Positions 44,811-54,946 of a stretch of 55,372 nt of DNA are shown here, piece by piece. The notes beneath the pieces are model-generated. The model made no database searches, was not told the origin of the DNA, and saw only the letters and a list, made by a program, of their open reading frames with translations. Numbering within the stretch: the stretch's first letter is position 1; each line of letters starts with the position of its first letter. Source of the DNA: a virus (Duplodnaviria; Caudoviricetes). The stretch spans positions 1 to 55,372 of IMG/VR virus record IMGVR_UViG_3300027978_000009; one strand, given 5' to 3'. Position numbers and translations under genes: made by a program.

Positions 44811-45524
44811 TTACCGTCCACCACCAAAGGCGAGCATGTCAACGTCGAACGTTGTCGCTCCACCAGCACCCTCGACCATTGTGAGAGTGGCGTTGAGTCC
44901 AACTGCGGGAATGTTTGCCGCATTCGGAATGAACGATCCACCACCACCGGGGAACTGTGCGGCGGCAACGATGCCGTCCCAGAACAATGCGATGTCGATC
45001 ATGCCTGTCGGACCTGCAGCGAGAGTACCAACCAGCTGCGATTCTTGTGCAGCACCGTTGTTCTCAATGATCAGGTTAACGTCACCAGATCCCGCAACAG
45101 AGACAAGGTACAAACCATCTGCCGGAGCAAGAGCGGAAGCACCCGGAACAAAGCCGAGAATGAACGCGTTCGCAACTGGGTCAGCAATGTCGAGCCTTGC
45201 CGTGATCCACGATGCAATACCAGCCGAGACCAGTACACCGTCAACGTGCGATGTCGCACCGTTACCTTCGAGAGCACTACCCTGCGTAGCAACGCCAGGA
45301 GTTGTGAACCGAACGACGCCGTTTGCATTCGCCAGAACAGAAGCTACTGCAGCGCCGCCAATGGCAACGTTCGAATAGTGAGTAAGGTAGTTCTCGCCAC
45401 CGCTGAAATCTTCAATGGCTATAGAACCGTTGTTCGGCAGGGGTGAGCCCACGCCTCTGAGGACAGAGCCGTCGCCTGACGTACCGATACCGTTTGGAAA
45501 TTGTGTTACTTCGATGTTCAACAT
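44811..45524 (-). CDS. putative capsid-associated beta-sandwich protein
   Basis: T.FPNGI N-terminus, beta-rich, immediately after the capsid terminator. Confidence 0.7.
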   Translation of the reverse strand: MLNIEVTQFPNGIGTSGDGSVLRGVGSPLPNNGSIAIEDFSGGENYLTHYSNVAIGGAAVASVLANANGVVRFTTPGVATQGSALEGNGATSHVDGVLVSAGIASWITARLDIADPVANAFILGFVPGASALAPADGLYLVSVAGSGDVNLIIENNGAAQESQLVGTLAAGPTGMIDIALFWDGIVAAAQFPGGGGSFIPNAANIPAVGLNATLTMVEGAGGATTFDVDMLAFGGGR

Positions 45525-45562
45525 TATCTTTCTCCGAGTGAGACGTCGCTGCGCCTCGGGTG

Positions 45563-45595
45563 AAAAGGAAGGAGGGGGTCACTGCCCCCTCCCTC
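45563..45595 (-). terminator. intrinsic terminator after the major capsid gene
   Basis: Minus strand GGAGGGGG-cagtga-CCCCCTCC then TTCCTTTT. Confidence 0.8.
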
Positions 45596-45605
45596 GCTAC
45601 AGATC

Positions 45606-46535
45606 TTAGAGACCTGGGGTTCCGAACACCGCACGCGGATCCGTCCAGCCCGGAATGTAACGCTCCGTGGACTTGTACCGCATGGAATCCGTTTCGAAGT
45701 CGCCTTCCATTGACTTCTCAAGCCCGCGACGTTTCATCATCGCCAAACCACGGGATGCGTCCGTCTGGACCCACCATGCAGTAGTCGATGTGATTCGCGA
45801 CAGGTTCGCCTGACCTTGAGACAAGAGCCCCATAGACAGGATCGGATTGATGTCGTTGTTTGCCGTACCGGCTCGAAGGACGCTCTTCAACAGAACTTCT
45901 GCTTGGAACACCTGACTCGGACCAGTGACAATCTTCAGCGGAGTCAACCGGATCCGCTTACCGTTATTGTCCACGGCATTACGAATCTGAATGAGCATCT
46001 GCTCAAGTGACGTTTGCGACAGAGCCGCAGCAGTCGTCAGAAGGTTCGAGAACACACCACCAGCTGCACCACCGGGTGCAATCGGATGGTTAGTCGCGTT
46101 CAGAGCTACTCCGTCACCACCGACGAACGCGCCATTAAATGCACGGTTCAGGATGTTGGCACAGAGTGTTTCCTTCGTTTCGATCATCGACTGAGCGAGA
46201 TGCTCAGAGTAGATCCGACCGATACGAATGTGGTCGCCGTCTTCGACCAAGACTTTGGTAAGCGCGAACGCCAGACCGAAGACCTTGTAGACGTAACGCT
46301 GAATGAACAGCACGCCGCCTGCGTCGAATGTCACCGGGGTGCCGTCAGGCATTTCCGGTGCAGCATTGAAACCGAACAGGACCGGCTCTTCATGGTACGA
46401 ACGGGGGGTACCCGTACGCTCGGTGAAGACGCCTTTCCATTCATCGGCACGTTGTTTGTAGATTCCGTCAAAAGTCTCGTTAAGGATCGGCTCAACGATT
46501 GATCGGAAGTCGGTACTTCTCATTGGGACTGCCAT
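45606..46535 (-). CDS. major capsid protein (Mu gpT-like HK97 fold)
   Basis: EP.LN..F, R.Y.EE....GF..AP, TKE...ANILN.AF...GGDGVAL....HP, AWW..TD, GDFETD..RYK..ERY..GW.DPR..FG.PG. Confidence 0.92.
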   Translation of the reverse strand: MAVPMRSTDFRSIVEPILNETFDGIYKQRADEWKGVFTERTGTPRSYHEEPVLFGFNAAPEMPDGTPVTFDAGGVLFIQRYVYKVFGLAFALTKVLVEDGDHIRIGRIYSEHLAQSMIETKETLCANILNRAFNGAFVGGDGVALNATNHPIAPGGAAGGVFSNLLTTAAALSQTSLEQMLIQIRNAVDNNGKRIRLTPLKIVTGPSQVFQAEVLLKSVLRAGTANNDINPILSMGLLSQGQANLSRITSTTAWWVQTDASRGLAMMKRRGLEKSMEGDFETDSMRYKSTERYIPGWTDPRAVFGTPGL

Positions 46536-46584
46536 GAGTGTGACTCCAGGTAATGACTACTCGAACTTCATTACCAATCAGGGA

Positions 46585-47133
46585 TCAGATAGCGGCTCGA
46601 ACAGCCGTGTACTGATGATCAGAGAGCTGGACCTGAACGATGGTGAACGCGTCACCAAAGATATTATCAGGGGCGGGATTTACACCGATGACGCGGCAGT
46701 CTGTACCAGCGCCACCAGCCGTATCGAGCGACACGTTCGAAAGACCGGTCACAGCGTTGCCGCCGAGAGCCGAGAAGTCGAATTGTGCGCCAACACTAGC
46801 CAGAGCTACTGATCCATTGGCCTGGATCTCATAGATCATTGTCTGATCTTCGGTGTAGTAGGCAACAATTTCTGTCCCTACCGTGTTCGCTTCCCAGCGA
46901 TTGCTAACGCGACGACGCCCGTCAACACCGGTCCACTCGACACCCATAAAGGAGCCGATGATCGGGTTGCCTGGAGCTACGGTACCGAGGGCACCGCTCG
47001 CCAGAATAGCAACTGGAGAGAATTGAAAGATATCCGTGGGGTGACCGGAGACAATCGTAGACTGGAGTTGTCGAATAACTCCAGAAGGATGGAACGCCGG
47101 TTTTAACCCGAACGGAGAGGCAACATTACTCAT
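46585..47133 (-). CDS. capsid decoration/cement-like protein
   Basis: M.N...PFGL.P, IF..SPV, G.F.GVE, YEIQ. Immediately upstream of the major capsid gene. Confidence 0.7.
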   Translation of the reverse strand: MSNVASPFGLKPAFHPSGVIRQLQSTIVSGHPTDIFQFSPVAILASGALGTVAPGNPIIGSFMGVEWTGVDGRRRVSNRWEANTVGTEIVAYYTEDQTMIYEIQANGSVALASVGAQFDFSALGGNAVTGLSNVSLDTAGGAGTDCRVIGVNPAPDNIFGDAFTIVQVQLSDHQYTAVRAAI

Positions 47134-47154
47134 GAGGAATTACTCCGTGAAAGA

Positions 47155-47739
47155 TTAATAGTCTTCCGAAGATTCCCCAGTTTGCAGCGCAAACGGAGGA
47201 GGCTTCGGTGCCACTCCCAATGCTGCTGTGCCGTCCTCAAGTTCGAGACTAACCACACCGCGCTTTGATGCTGCGGTCATTTCGGCTTCCATCTCACGGA
47301 GTTGGCTGCTGAGCTTTTCTTCCTCGCTAAGAGGTTGCTCGTGGTGATTGATGCTCATGTACTGTTCGTACAACTGGAGAGGAAGCTTGAAAGCAATCAT
47401 CTCGTTAACACCAATGCAGCCTTCCCACTCGCCCGTTTTCAGTTGCGCATGTTCCCAGCCAGGAATGTCCGAGGCCTTGATCGGCTCGTAGCCCAGTCGG
47501 ATGCGTGAATGAATCGGATCGCGTGGATTTTCCGTGGTCAGCCAACAAACATGGTAACCATCGATCTTCGGAATATCTGGCAATGCAGATTGAAAATACT
47601 GTTGGCGAAACTCATCCACTCGTTGATCGTCTGACAGTGCTCTGTCTTGCGTCACATTGCGGTCTTCCATGCGACGGTCGGTTCGCTCTCTCGAATCTTC
47701 GGAGTTCAGTCTCGTGTCTGTTCTACGCTTTGCTACCAT
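47155..47739 (-). CDS. conserved head-module protein
   Basis: P..DGY..CW.....R.RLGYEP...G.IGV..M...K.P pattern, typical upstream of this capsid type. Confidence 0.7.
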   Translation of the reverse strand: MVAKRRTDTRLNSEDSRERTDRRMEDRNVTQDRALSDDQRVDEFRQQYFQSALPDIPKIDGYHVCWLTTENPRDPIHSRIRLGYEPIKASDIPGWEHAQLKTGEWEGCIGVNEMIAFKLPLQLYEQYMSINHHEQPLSEEEKLSSQLREMEAEMTAASKRGVVSLELEDGTAALGVAPKPPPFALQTGESSEDY

Positions 47740-47741
47740 GA

Positions 47742-48767
47742 TTATGCTCCCCCCGCAGAAGCCTGTTGATCGTAATCGGAATACGACTTCAGGTACTTGT
47801 TGCGGAGCACTGGATCATCCCAAACACCAGCCTCGATCATTGCTTCTTTTCGCTCGGGGCTGATATAAACTTCGTTCTTCTTCAATGGACGTTCCCGTCC
47901 ACCAGTTCTGAACTGAGGTCCCTTGTTACCGGTCTTCTTCTTTCCTGGACCGGCTCCGTTACCTCGCCCACCGGTACGCGAATCAAAGCGTCCCGGTAAT
48001 GCTTCTGCGGTACGAGTACGCAACTCGTCCCAATACTGTTTCTGCGTCGGGTCAAAGCCTTCCTCGACCAGTGATCGATCAATCGCCAGAACTGTCTGCG
48101 AATCCTGATCGCCACCTTGAGGATCCCACCACGAGTTCTCGACCATAAACGACTGGGCGTGAGCTACGTGTCGGGGATCTAACGGACGTTCCTGTTGTGC
48201 AGGAGCCTGCCGTTGAGGATTGGATGCCAAGTAATTTTTGGCACCCTCCAACTCACGGAGGTTATCGCGAATAGCATCGCGATGGTTAAGGGCTTCGGCT
48301 AGGTTAGCGCCATCGTTGTTGTCAGCTGCTTGCGCAATGACTTGATTCGCTAGCGCGAGATCTGATTTGGCTTTATTGATCGCACCGTCAACATTCGCGA
48401 TTTCACTGCCGGTGACGCGAGCGTGAGTCTCCTGCTCGAAATGACTGAAGCGTCGCTCCAGCTCTTCATTTCGGCCTTGCAGGAATTTTAGTTCGCGCTC
48501 TGTGCGCTCACGAGCCTCTTTTTGGCGTGCACGTCGTGACTTGTTTTCTTTGCGACGACGCTCTCGCTTATCGTCTTCGTCATCGTCCTCACGTCCACCA
48601 CCAAGGCGAGTCTCTTGATCGTCGCCTTCGTCGTCTTCATCTTCTCCGTCGTCGTCTCCAGCACCTTCGCCTTCGTCTTCGACTTGCCCTTGCTCAGTTT
48701 CTTCTTCGTCCGTTACTGCAACGAATTCTTCCTCTTGCTCTTCTTCAGCTGTCTTTGCCTCAGCCAT
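47742..48767 (-). CDS. putative scaffolding protein
   Basis: Acidic N-terminus, coiled coil, N.WWDP...EGFDP....YW.EL and terminal helix. Between portal/GroES and capsid. Confidence 0.7.
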   Translation of the reverse strand: MAEAKTAEEEQEEEFVAVTDEEETEQGQVEDEGEGAGDDDGEDEDDEGDDQETRLGGGREDDDEDDKRERRRKENKSRRARQKEARERTERELKFLQGRNEELERRFSHFEQETHARVTGSEIANVDGAINKAKSDLALANQVIAQAADNNDGANLAEALNHRDAIRDNLRELEGAKNYLASNPQRQAPAQQERPLDPRHVAHAQSFMVENSWWDPQGGDQDSQTVLAIDRSLVEEGFDPTQKQYWDELRTRTAEALPGRFDSRTGGRGNGAGPGKKKTGNKGPQFRTGGRERPLKKNEVYISPERKEAMIEAGVWDDPVLRNKYLKSYSDYDQQASAGGA

Positions 48768-48778
48768 GCGTTATCTCC

Positions 48779-49237
48779 TTACAGATAAGCGACGACCTCT
48801 AACGGGTCGCATGTTATTTGACCAATAAGGTCCAGATCGTTAAACAGAACGAAGCATGCCTTGTCGGCACCTGTCTGTGCACGCACTTCATCAGAAACTT
48901 CTACAAACCATGTGTCGCCGCCATACTTCGGCACGCGTACATAGGATCCGGCTTCACACCATTCACCTTCCGGCCAGACATTCAGAGTGTCGCGATTCTT
49001 AAAAGCACCGGGACCAAGCGTGATGACTTTAGCAACCTGAGTGTTCCAAAACTCAGTATCCTGGGTATCATGTGGAACAATGATCCCACCCTTCGTGACC
49101 TCACGCGGTGACCTCTTCTGAACTAGGATTCGCGAACCAAACGGTACCAAGCCAGGATCGGCTTCCGGAAATGCTTGATCGATTGACGAATAGCCCAGAT
49201 CGGGTCGTGATTTGCGTATGCTTGTAATCTCAGTCAT
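48779..49237 (-). CDS. groES: co-chaperonin GroES-like protein
   Basis: P.G.RILV...TKGGIIVP...AKVITLGP.A......WC..G.YV.VPKYGG...L.ND.D. Confidence 0.9.
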   Translation of the reverse strand: MTEITSIRKSRPDLGYSSIDQAFPEADPGLVPFGSRILVQKRSPREVTKGGIIVPHDTQDTEFWNTQVAKVITLGPGAFKNRDTLNVWPEGEWCEAGSYVRVPKYGGDTWFVEVSDEVRAQTGADKACFVLFNDLDLIGQITCDPLEVVAYL

Positions 49238-49435
49238 TCAGGTCCTGTCCTCTTCTTCACCCACTACTTCTTCGAACAGCCGCTCGGCGCGACACAAGCC
49301 TTGATAGGTACCGCTCGCTTGACCGTAACCGAACGCTGTTTTGTCGTTCGGTGTCGCCAGCAATGCAATGCACCCGGCTTGCTCCTCCTTCAGCCTTTGC
49401 AGAAACTTCTGCAAAATCACAGTTTCGGTGGACAT
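49238..49435 (-). CDS. hypothetical protein
   Basis: Y....G..QGL..A motif, common just upstream of phage groES. Confidence 0.7.
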   Translation of the reverse strand: MSTETVILQKFLQRLKEEQAGCIALLATPNDKTAFGYGQASGTYQGLCRAERLFEEVVGEEEDRT

Positions 49436-49460
49436 CTTAGCCCCAAAGGTTATGTAAAGT

Positions 49461-49667
49461 CTAAGCTGGGGTCATGTTTGACGACGGCACCTTGCCACAT
49501 TTTGGGCCTCCCGTGTCGCCGCTAGACGATACAGAACTTGCCGGAGTGTGACCGGAACCAGCGTCAAAGCCCCCACCCTTCTTGGATGCGTTAACTTTCG
49601 GCAACGGTTTGCCGGTTGCTAATGCCTTGTGCTGGTTGATCGCACCAGCTGGATATTTTTTACTCAT
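49461..49667 (-). CDS. small basic hypothetical protein
   Basis: CAGGAG RBS. INQHK.LA.G motif. Confidence 0.65.
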   Translation of the reverse strand: MSKKYPAGAINQHKALATGKPLPKVNASKKGGGFDAGSGHTPASSVSSSGDTGGPKCGKVPSSNMTPA

Positions 49668-49748
49668 GATCGTTCTCTCCTGTGGAAATTATGGAGCCCT
49701 TGCGGGACAACTAGTCAGTTTTCAATCTGCGTATCGAATCAACCTACC

Positions 49749-52367
49749 TTAGGTATCCGTGCGAGGCCGGGGGTTCGTAGACCCTGTTCCGGTCTTGATT
49801 TTCTGCCGATCAGTAGTTGCCTTGACGCCTGCGATGTCCAATGCTGTAGCGTTATCTTCAGCGTTCATGGCTTCGCGTGAGGATGTTTCCATCACAGTGC
49901 GCTCGTCTTCAGCCTGCTCGCGCTTTATCAACTCTTGGAGACGAGCGGCGTGCTCCTGAGCTTTCAGCGCGTCAGCGTTGGCTGCGTCTAAAGCCTTCTG
50001 CCTTTCTTCAGCATCAAGCTCCATAAAGGTCATTTCCCGTTCGTGTTCACGCGCTTCACGCTTGTCCACTAAGGTCAACTCAACCCGCTCTCGCTCCCGA
50101 GTATCTCTGGCCTGATCAGCCTCACGTTCCTGCTCAATTGCAGCCATTGCATTCGGATCAACAGGCGGCGCAGGTTCTTCTGGTTGCAGCGACTGCATAA
50201 CTTCTTGCAGCTGCTGAATTACTGGCAACACACCGGCTAAAACTTGATCCACAGCAGGAACAACATCCTGCGATTGCAATGCAAGGTTCTTATCCAGTTC
50301 CTTGCGCACTTCAGGGTCACGCAACTTCATCATTTGTTCGAGCGCATCATCGTCCATACCAGTAGAAGCCTGCAACAAATCCACGTTGTAGGTCACGTAG
50401 TAAAACGCGATGTGCTCGATGATGTGACCCATGAGCATCGGGATGAAACGCGGAGCGATGAGCGGATTCATTCCAAGAGCCGCCGATTGCGCGTAATCCA
50501 AGTGAACCTGGAGATGCGCTAATTGATCTTGCTCTGGGAATGCGGAGACAGGTCTCCCCATCGTCATCGCTGCGTTTTCATTGACGGCATTCTGTTCCTG
50601 CGGTGTGTCATCTGGAAGCAGTAGCTCGTCGGGGTTGGGAATCTTTGTGCGTTCGAGAATACGTTTCTCGACTGCTTTAACGTTGTAGACCTCAGGCATC
50701 TGCGCAGCACGATCAGCAATAACCTGGAGCTGAGCCATGCGCTGTACGTCAGAGAAAATCTCGGGATCTGCAACGGGCAAGATGTCGTGCGGCGGATCAA
50801 AGTCACTCCGCTTCGCCAACGTCTCACCAACATCGTTCTTCATCTCTTCGTCATCGGCGTACATGCGGTCGATGCGAGTAAGGATCTTGAGTACGTGGTT
50901 CATGGCACCGAACAGACGCAAGTGAATTGCGCTGAAGACAGTCATGCCTTCTTCGATCAGTGCGAGTGTCGTGCCAACAGGCATCTGAGTGCTCTGCTCG
51001 CCCAACTTCTCGAACGTTGTCTGAACGAGACCTCTGCCCAGTTCGGTGACTACGCCAAGCAGTTCGAGCAGAACATTCGACGGTGGGTTGAACGGTACCG
51101 GCATAATGAGCTTGCGAATGTCATCACCGGCAATACCACCCTCGATCTCAGTAACTGCAGCGACCTTGAGTTCTTTACTCTGTCCGCTGAAGTTTGCCCC
51201 CTTGAGTCGAATCAAGGTAGGTAGGTTGTTCATGTGAGCCGAATCTAAAAGGGCTCGGAGCGCACCAGTCGCGGCACCCGAGAGGCTACCTATCATCTGG
51301 CCGAGACCTATAGAGCACGCTCCGCGCCACGGTATGAACGGGAACTCAACTGCCCAGTACAGAGGCTGCTGCGTGTCGTCTTCCTCTTCCCAGTTGCGAT
51401 TGATTGCAACGATTTTGTGGGAAGCCCCGTCTATTGTGATTCGGTAGGGAGCGTAATCGTACTTCTCTTCCAGCTCATCGCTGTAGCACATGACTTCGTA
51501 TTCGTTACGGAGTCCGTCTTCATTGTAAGCATCGACTGGTTCTTTACCTTCGACGGCATCGGTAGCTTCTTGAGGTTTGCTTGCCTCTTCAGTGCCGACC
51601 ATCTTGGCAACGTCTGGTCCCAGATCGGTGTACATGCCGCTTTTAACGCGCTGCCCAAACTCGAACTCGGTGATGTGATCAACGAAGGTGAGTCGGTCGG
51701 CTGTGTAAAAGTTGGATGCTGCGTAAGGGACGTAAACGTCATCGCTCGGCCAATAGGTTGGGACCGGGCGTTTCTTTCTCTGGTCATAGACGATTCGCAT
51801 GTACTGCGATCCGCCGAGGGGGAGTTGGGTCAGAAGCTGCTCCAGCTCCGTGCGGAACTCAGGCATCTGCACTAAGAATTGCCAGTTCATGTAATTCTTA
51901 ACGCGGTCGCCTTTCTTGAGCCGATCTCGCTCTGGGTTATCTCCGGGGACGTACGTCTTCACAGGTCCGTTCGGCGGCATCAGCTCCTTAATGGCTCTGG
52001 ATGCAAAATCGACCGTCGCTTCTGTGAGCATGGGATGCACCGCTTTGGATGCACCTTCGAAGTCTGCGCCACCCGGAGATTCTTTGCCCAGGCCTGTACG
52101 CTTGATCGCCTCTTCGTAATCTTTCTCGCGTCGCTCACGTGCTTTCTTGTCACGCTCTAAGTCTTCGAGCAGTCGCGTTGCAATTGTGTTTTTTACTGCA
52201 TCATCGAAATCGTCTGCGATGTTGTCGAACCATTCCTTATTCGGTTTTTCATCATCGTCATCTCCGCCCATTGAAACGATGGCACCACCATCATCAGTCT
52301 CAGTGACGTCACTAGTCGGTGTGGCAAATGTCTCTACTGCACCTTCTTCTACGATTTCTTCTGCCAT
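49749..52367 (-). CDS. portal protein
   Basis: FEGAS...HPML.EA..DF..RA..EL.P..GPVK, YMNWQ, LP..GS, ALR.LLD.A...N, PVGTTLAL.E, SAIH.RL, PVADP.IFS..QR. Follows the terminase. Confidence 0.92.
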   Translation of the reverse strand: MAEEIVEEGAVETFATPTSDVTETDDGGAIVSMGGDDDDEKPNKEWFDNIADDFDDAVKNTIATRLLEDLERDKKARERREKDYEEAIKRTGLGKESPGGADFEGASKAVHPMLTEATVDFASRAIKELMPPNGPVKTYVPGDNPERDRLKKGDRVKNYMNWQFLVQMPEFRTELEQLLTQLPLGGSQYMRIVYDQRKKRPVPTYWPSDDVYVPYAASNFYTADRLTFVDHITEFEFGQRVKSGMYTDLGPDVAKMVGTEEASKPQEATDAVEGKEPVDAYNEDGLRNEYEVMCYSDELEEKYDYAPYRITIDGASHKIVAINRNWEEEDDTQQPLYWAVEFPFIPWRGACSIGLGQMIGSLSGAATGALRALLDSAHMNNLPTLIRLKGANFSGQSKELKVAAVTEIEGGIAGDDIRKLIMPVPFNPPSNVLLELLGVVTELGRGLVQTTFEKLGEQSTQMPVGTTLALIEEGMTVFSAIHLRLFGAMNHVLKILTRIDRMYADDEEMKNDVGETLAKRSDFDPPHDILPVADPEIFSDVQRMAQLQVIADRAAQMPEVYNVKAVEKRILERTKIPNPDELLLPDDTPQEQNAVNENAAMTMGRPVSAFPEQDQLAHLQVHLDYAQSAALGMNPLIAPRFIPMLMGHIIEHIAFYYVTYNVDLLQASTGMDDDALEQMMKLRDPEVRKELDKNLALQSQDVVPAVDQVLAGVLPVIQQLQEVMQSLQPEEPAPPVDPNAMAAIEQEREADQARDTRERERVELTLVDKREAREHEREMTFMELDAEERQKALDAANADALKAQEHAARLQELIKREQAEDERTVMETSSREAMNAEDNATALDIAGVKATTDRQKIKTGTGSTNPRPRTDT

Positions 52368-52720
52368 CAGTTGGTGCTCCGATATTTAGCTGCCATGACG
52401 TCACTCATGTGGTGCGTTATGTTTGCAAACGCACAAACAGGACACCCTGCGTTTGAATTGACAACAACTTCAGGTCCAAAGCATTCGAGCGCCCCCATGT
52501 TGATGAGGTTGCACGCTTCCCAGCAAGGATCCATCTCGCCAGCGGCGAGTTTCGCAGTCAGTGCTTCTGGAGTTTCTGAGATTTGATCGTCAAGACCGCG
52601 CTCCCGTAGCGCAAAAAGAAGTTCCTGCCAGTGACCATCGCACCACTTGATCGCGTGCGTGCCTTCAATAGCTGGATCGAGTGCAGGTTGGGGGATGTCA
52701 AGGTTGACGGGCTCAGTCAT
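52367..52720 (-). CDS. Cys/His-rich hypothetical protein
   Basis: WCDGHW...DPC...CPVC. Overlaps the terminase stop and portal start. Confidence 0.7.
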   Translation of the reverse strand: MTEPVNLDIPQPALDPAIEGTHAIKWCDGHWQELLFALRERGLDDQISETPEALTAKLAAGEMDPCWEACNLINMGALECFGPEVVVNSNAGCPVCAFANITHHMSDVMAAKYRSTN

Positions 52721-54305
52721 AAGGATTTTCCTTTTTAGCGAGCCGTCTCTCTGCGATTTCGCGTGCGCGGGCTCTCTCGCGATCTTCGGTGGAGTCTACC
52801 ACGGTGAATGGTCCGAAGAATTTGTCCATGATAAGACGGAGCCCTTGTGTGGAACTGTCCAGCAAGTCATCGCGTTCTACCGACCCAGGGCCAACATAGG
52901 AACAGACCTGAGAGACCAGTGGATCTGCCCAAGTCTTGAAGTTTCCCGGATTTACGTCGGATTCAACTGCCCATACCCTGCCTGCCGCGAACATTGGTGA
53001 AACGTAATGAAGTCTAGATAGTTTGTCTTCATTACCCGGATTGTAGCCGTGAGTCAAGATGTTCTCTTCCGCCAACTGCTGTCTGATAGAGATACCGGAG
53101 GCTTTCTCTTCGATCAAAATGATGTCGGGCCTGCGTCCTTGGTGACCGGCCCGCTGACTTTTGGGCAGTATTATGGGCTTGATCGCAGGCTCATCTGCGT
53201 CACCGTACGTGTACTTCTTCTCTTTCTTGATGCGACGCACGAGGTTCGGGAACCCTAGCCAATCTTCCCAAGCATCGAGCAGCATGACATTCGGAAGAGG
53301 TGGTTTACCCTGCCGTGGGATGTCAAACACACCCCAAACGCTAAGCGCTGTAGGGTCGTTTTCCTGACGTCTTTTGTCGTAGTTGCGCTCCGTGAATGCG
53401 GGGTCAATGGACATGACGACGTATTTGAACTTTGGCAGTCTGCGATCAGCGGGCCAAGTGCGCCACTGACTACGTTGCACGAACCCTTCCTCCTCCGGAT
53501 CCAACACCTCACCGTGAATCTCTTGGCGACCGACACGTGTGCCTTCGTACTTCTTGATTGAATCGAAGAAGTAGGCAGTTAGGTTTTCGCTGTTCTCGTA
53601 AGTCGCGCCGACGACATCCACAACGCGCTTATCTTTTTGCAATCTGCGCACGAAGGGGGTCGGCTTCGGAGTACCCGTCACGCAGAGGCGTGGAGTGTCA
53701 CCGAGACGCAAACCGAACAACATGTTGTCCCAAGCTTCCTGTGGGTATTTCCAGGATGCAATCTCATCACACCAGATGGCTGCATGCTGCGGACCACGTA
53801 ATCGTTCCGGAGTGTCACCGGCAAAGCCACGAATGATCGAACCGTTCTTCAGCGTGAGAGATGGCAGCGCTTGGTTACGATCATGGATAAGCTGCGGAGG
53901 AATGACAGAGAGCAGTCCAGTCGGTCCCTCGAAACAAGTGTACCGAACGTCATCGTGCGTAGGAGAGACTACTGCATAGAAGCTCGGGAGCATCCACGCC
54001 TGCTCGCCGATCCAGTTTGCTCCTGTAAGAGTTTTGCCAAAGCCACGACCTGATCTGATCAGCCAGATGAACTTCTCCATCGAGAGGAACTCTTCCGGAG
54101 GTAGTTGCTTTGCTCGTGCCATTCGCTGCCAGCAGATACGCCAGCGCAAGAAGTGGAGGTCCTCCTCAGAGAACGACTGCAAGACTTCAACAGTGCCCTC
54201 CGGGAGTTGCTCTTTTATCTCGTCATCGAGATCATCGAAGTCGAAGTCATACTCGAATTGGGCAGGCTGGTGGACGAGCCCAAAGTTGAGCGAGATGAGA
54301 GCCAA
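52713..54305 (-). CDS. terL: terminase large subunit
   Basis: SGRGFGKT (Walker A), RLRGPQ, WCDEIA (Walker B), VTGTPK, RQEIHGE. Nuclease domain SIDPA, IEEKASG, DD..DS..Q. Confidence 0.96.
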   Translation of the reverse strand: MALISLNFGLVHQPAQFEYDFDFDDLDDEIKEQLPEGTVEVLQSFSEEDLHFLRWRICWQRMARAKQLPPEEFLSMEKFIWLIRSGRGFGKTLTGANWIGEQAWMLPSFYAVVSPTHDDVRYTCFEGPTGLLSVIPPQLIHDRNQALPSLTLKNGSIIRGFAGDTPERLRGPQHAAIWCDEIASWKYPQEAWDNMLFGLRLGDTPRLCVTGTPKPTPFVRRLQKDKRVVDVVGATYENSENLTAYFFDSIKKYEGTRVGRQEIHGEVLDPEEEGFVQRSQWRTWPADRRLPKFKYVVMSIDPAFTERNYDKRRQENDPTALSVWGVFDIPRQGKPPLPNVMLLDAWEDWLGFPNLVRRIKKEKKYTYGDADEPAIKPIILPKSQRAGHQGRRPDIILIEEKASGISIRQQLAEENILTHGYNPGNEDKLSRLHYVSPMFAAGRVWAVESDVNPGNFKTWADPLVSQVCSYVGPGSVERDDLLDSSTQGLRLIMDKFFGPFTVVDSTEDRERARAREIAERRLAKKENPYD

Positions 54306-54356
54306 TGCGGTAACTTCCTATACGGTTGACCAAGTTATTCCGCGCCAGCTTAGCTG

Positions 54357-54385
54357 AAAAAGAAGGGGCTCGTCTAGGAGCCCCT
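54357..54385 (-). terminator. intrinsic terminator
   Basis: Minus strand AGGGGCTC-ctagac-GAGCCCCT then TCTTTTT. The gene's stop codon lies in the loop. Confidence 0.8.
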
Positions 54386-54916
54386 CTCTGCAAGTACCTT
54401 ATCGTAGTACCGTTTCTTCGTCTTGAGCTTCTTCAATGCGTTGGTCGCCCGCTTCAGTTTTGCTTCCCAGCGCTTGATGTTCGCGTCCACTCGCGCAGCT
54501 CGTATTGCGACTTTGTCTTCCTTCTTCTTGGGCTCCACGTAGGGTTCGTCGCGCAGGAACCGGCGGCAGATGAGGGCCGCACCGTCTCGCTCGAACCTCA
54601 ACTGCTGGTCGGAGTGCGCCTCCCCCGTCAGCCTGCGTTCGAGCCAATGGCTCATGTCGTGGTTGATGTCGTGCCACCCCTGATCCGGGTTGACAGTGAA
54701 TGTTCCGTATTGCGCCCAGGTGCGTCGGTTCCCAGTTCCGATGTGGAATCGGTACGGGAACTTCTTCTTAAACACCTCTCGGTAGCGCGCCCGGATGTAG
54801 TTCATCGCAAGGTTAGGGTGCACGTTACGTCTTTGTGCAACGGTAGACTGCTCGTTCCAGATCTTCTCAACGACTCGGTTGTAATCTTCTGGTGTCGGCA
54901 CTTTCTTGATGTACAT
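54374..54916 (-). CDS. basic protein with zincin-like HDxxH...H motif and C-terminal coiled coil
   Basis: GWHDINHDMSHW...AHS. AAGGA RBS. Has its own promoter and terminator. Confidence 0.75.
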   Translation of the reverse strand: MYIKKVPTPEDYNRVVEKIWNEQSTVAQRRNVHPNLAMNYIRARYREVFKKKFPYRFHIGTGNRRTWAQYGTFTVNPDQGWHDINHDMSHWLERRLTGEAHSDQQLRFERDGAALICRRFLRDEPYVEPKKKEDKVAIRAARVDANIKRWEAKLKRATNALKKLKTKKRYYDKVLAERGS

Positions 54917-54946
54917 CTTCGTTCCTTCTCTTTACACAGGAACGTT

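Noticed and set aside
45524-45721. Alternative-frame ORF past the capsid stop as a T7 10B-like frameshift extension
   Set aside because: No slippery heptamer near the capsid 3' end, and the ORF runs through a clear terminator.
46549-46575. GGTAATGA...TCATTACC hairpin upstream of the capsid gene as a terminator
   Set aside because: It has a long loop and no U-tract. It may be a processing or stability hairpin, but that is unsupported.
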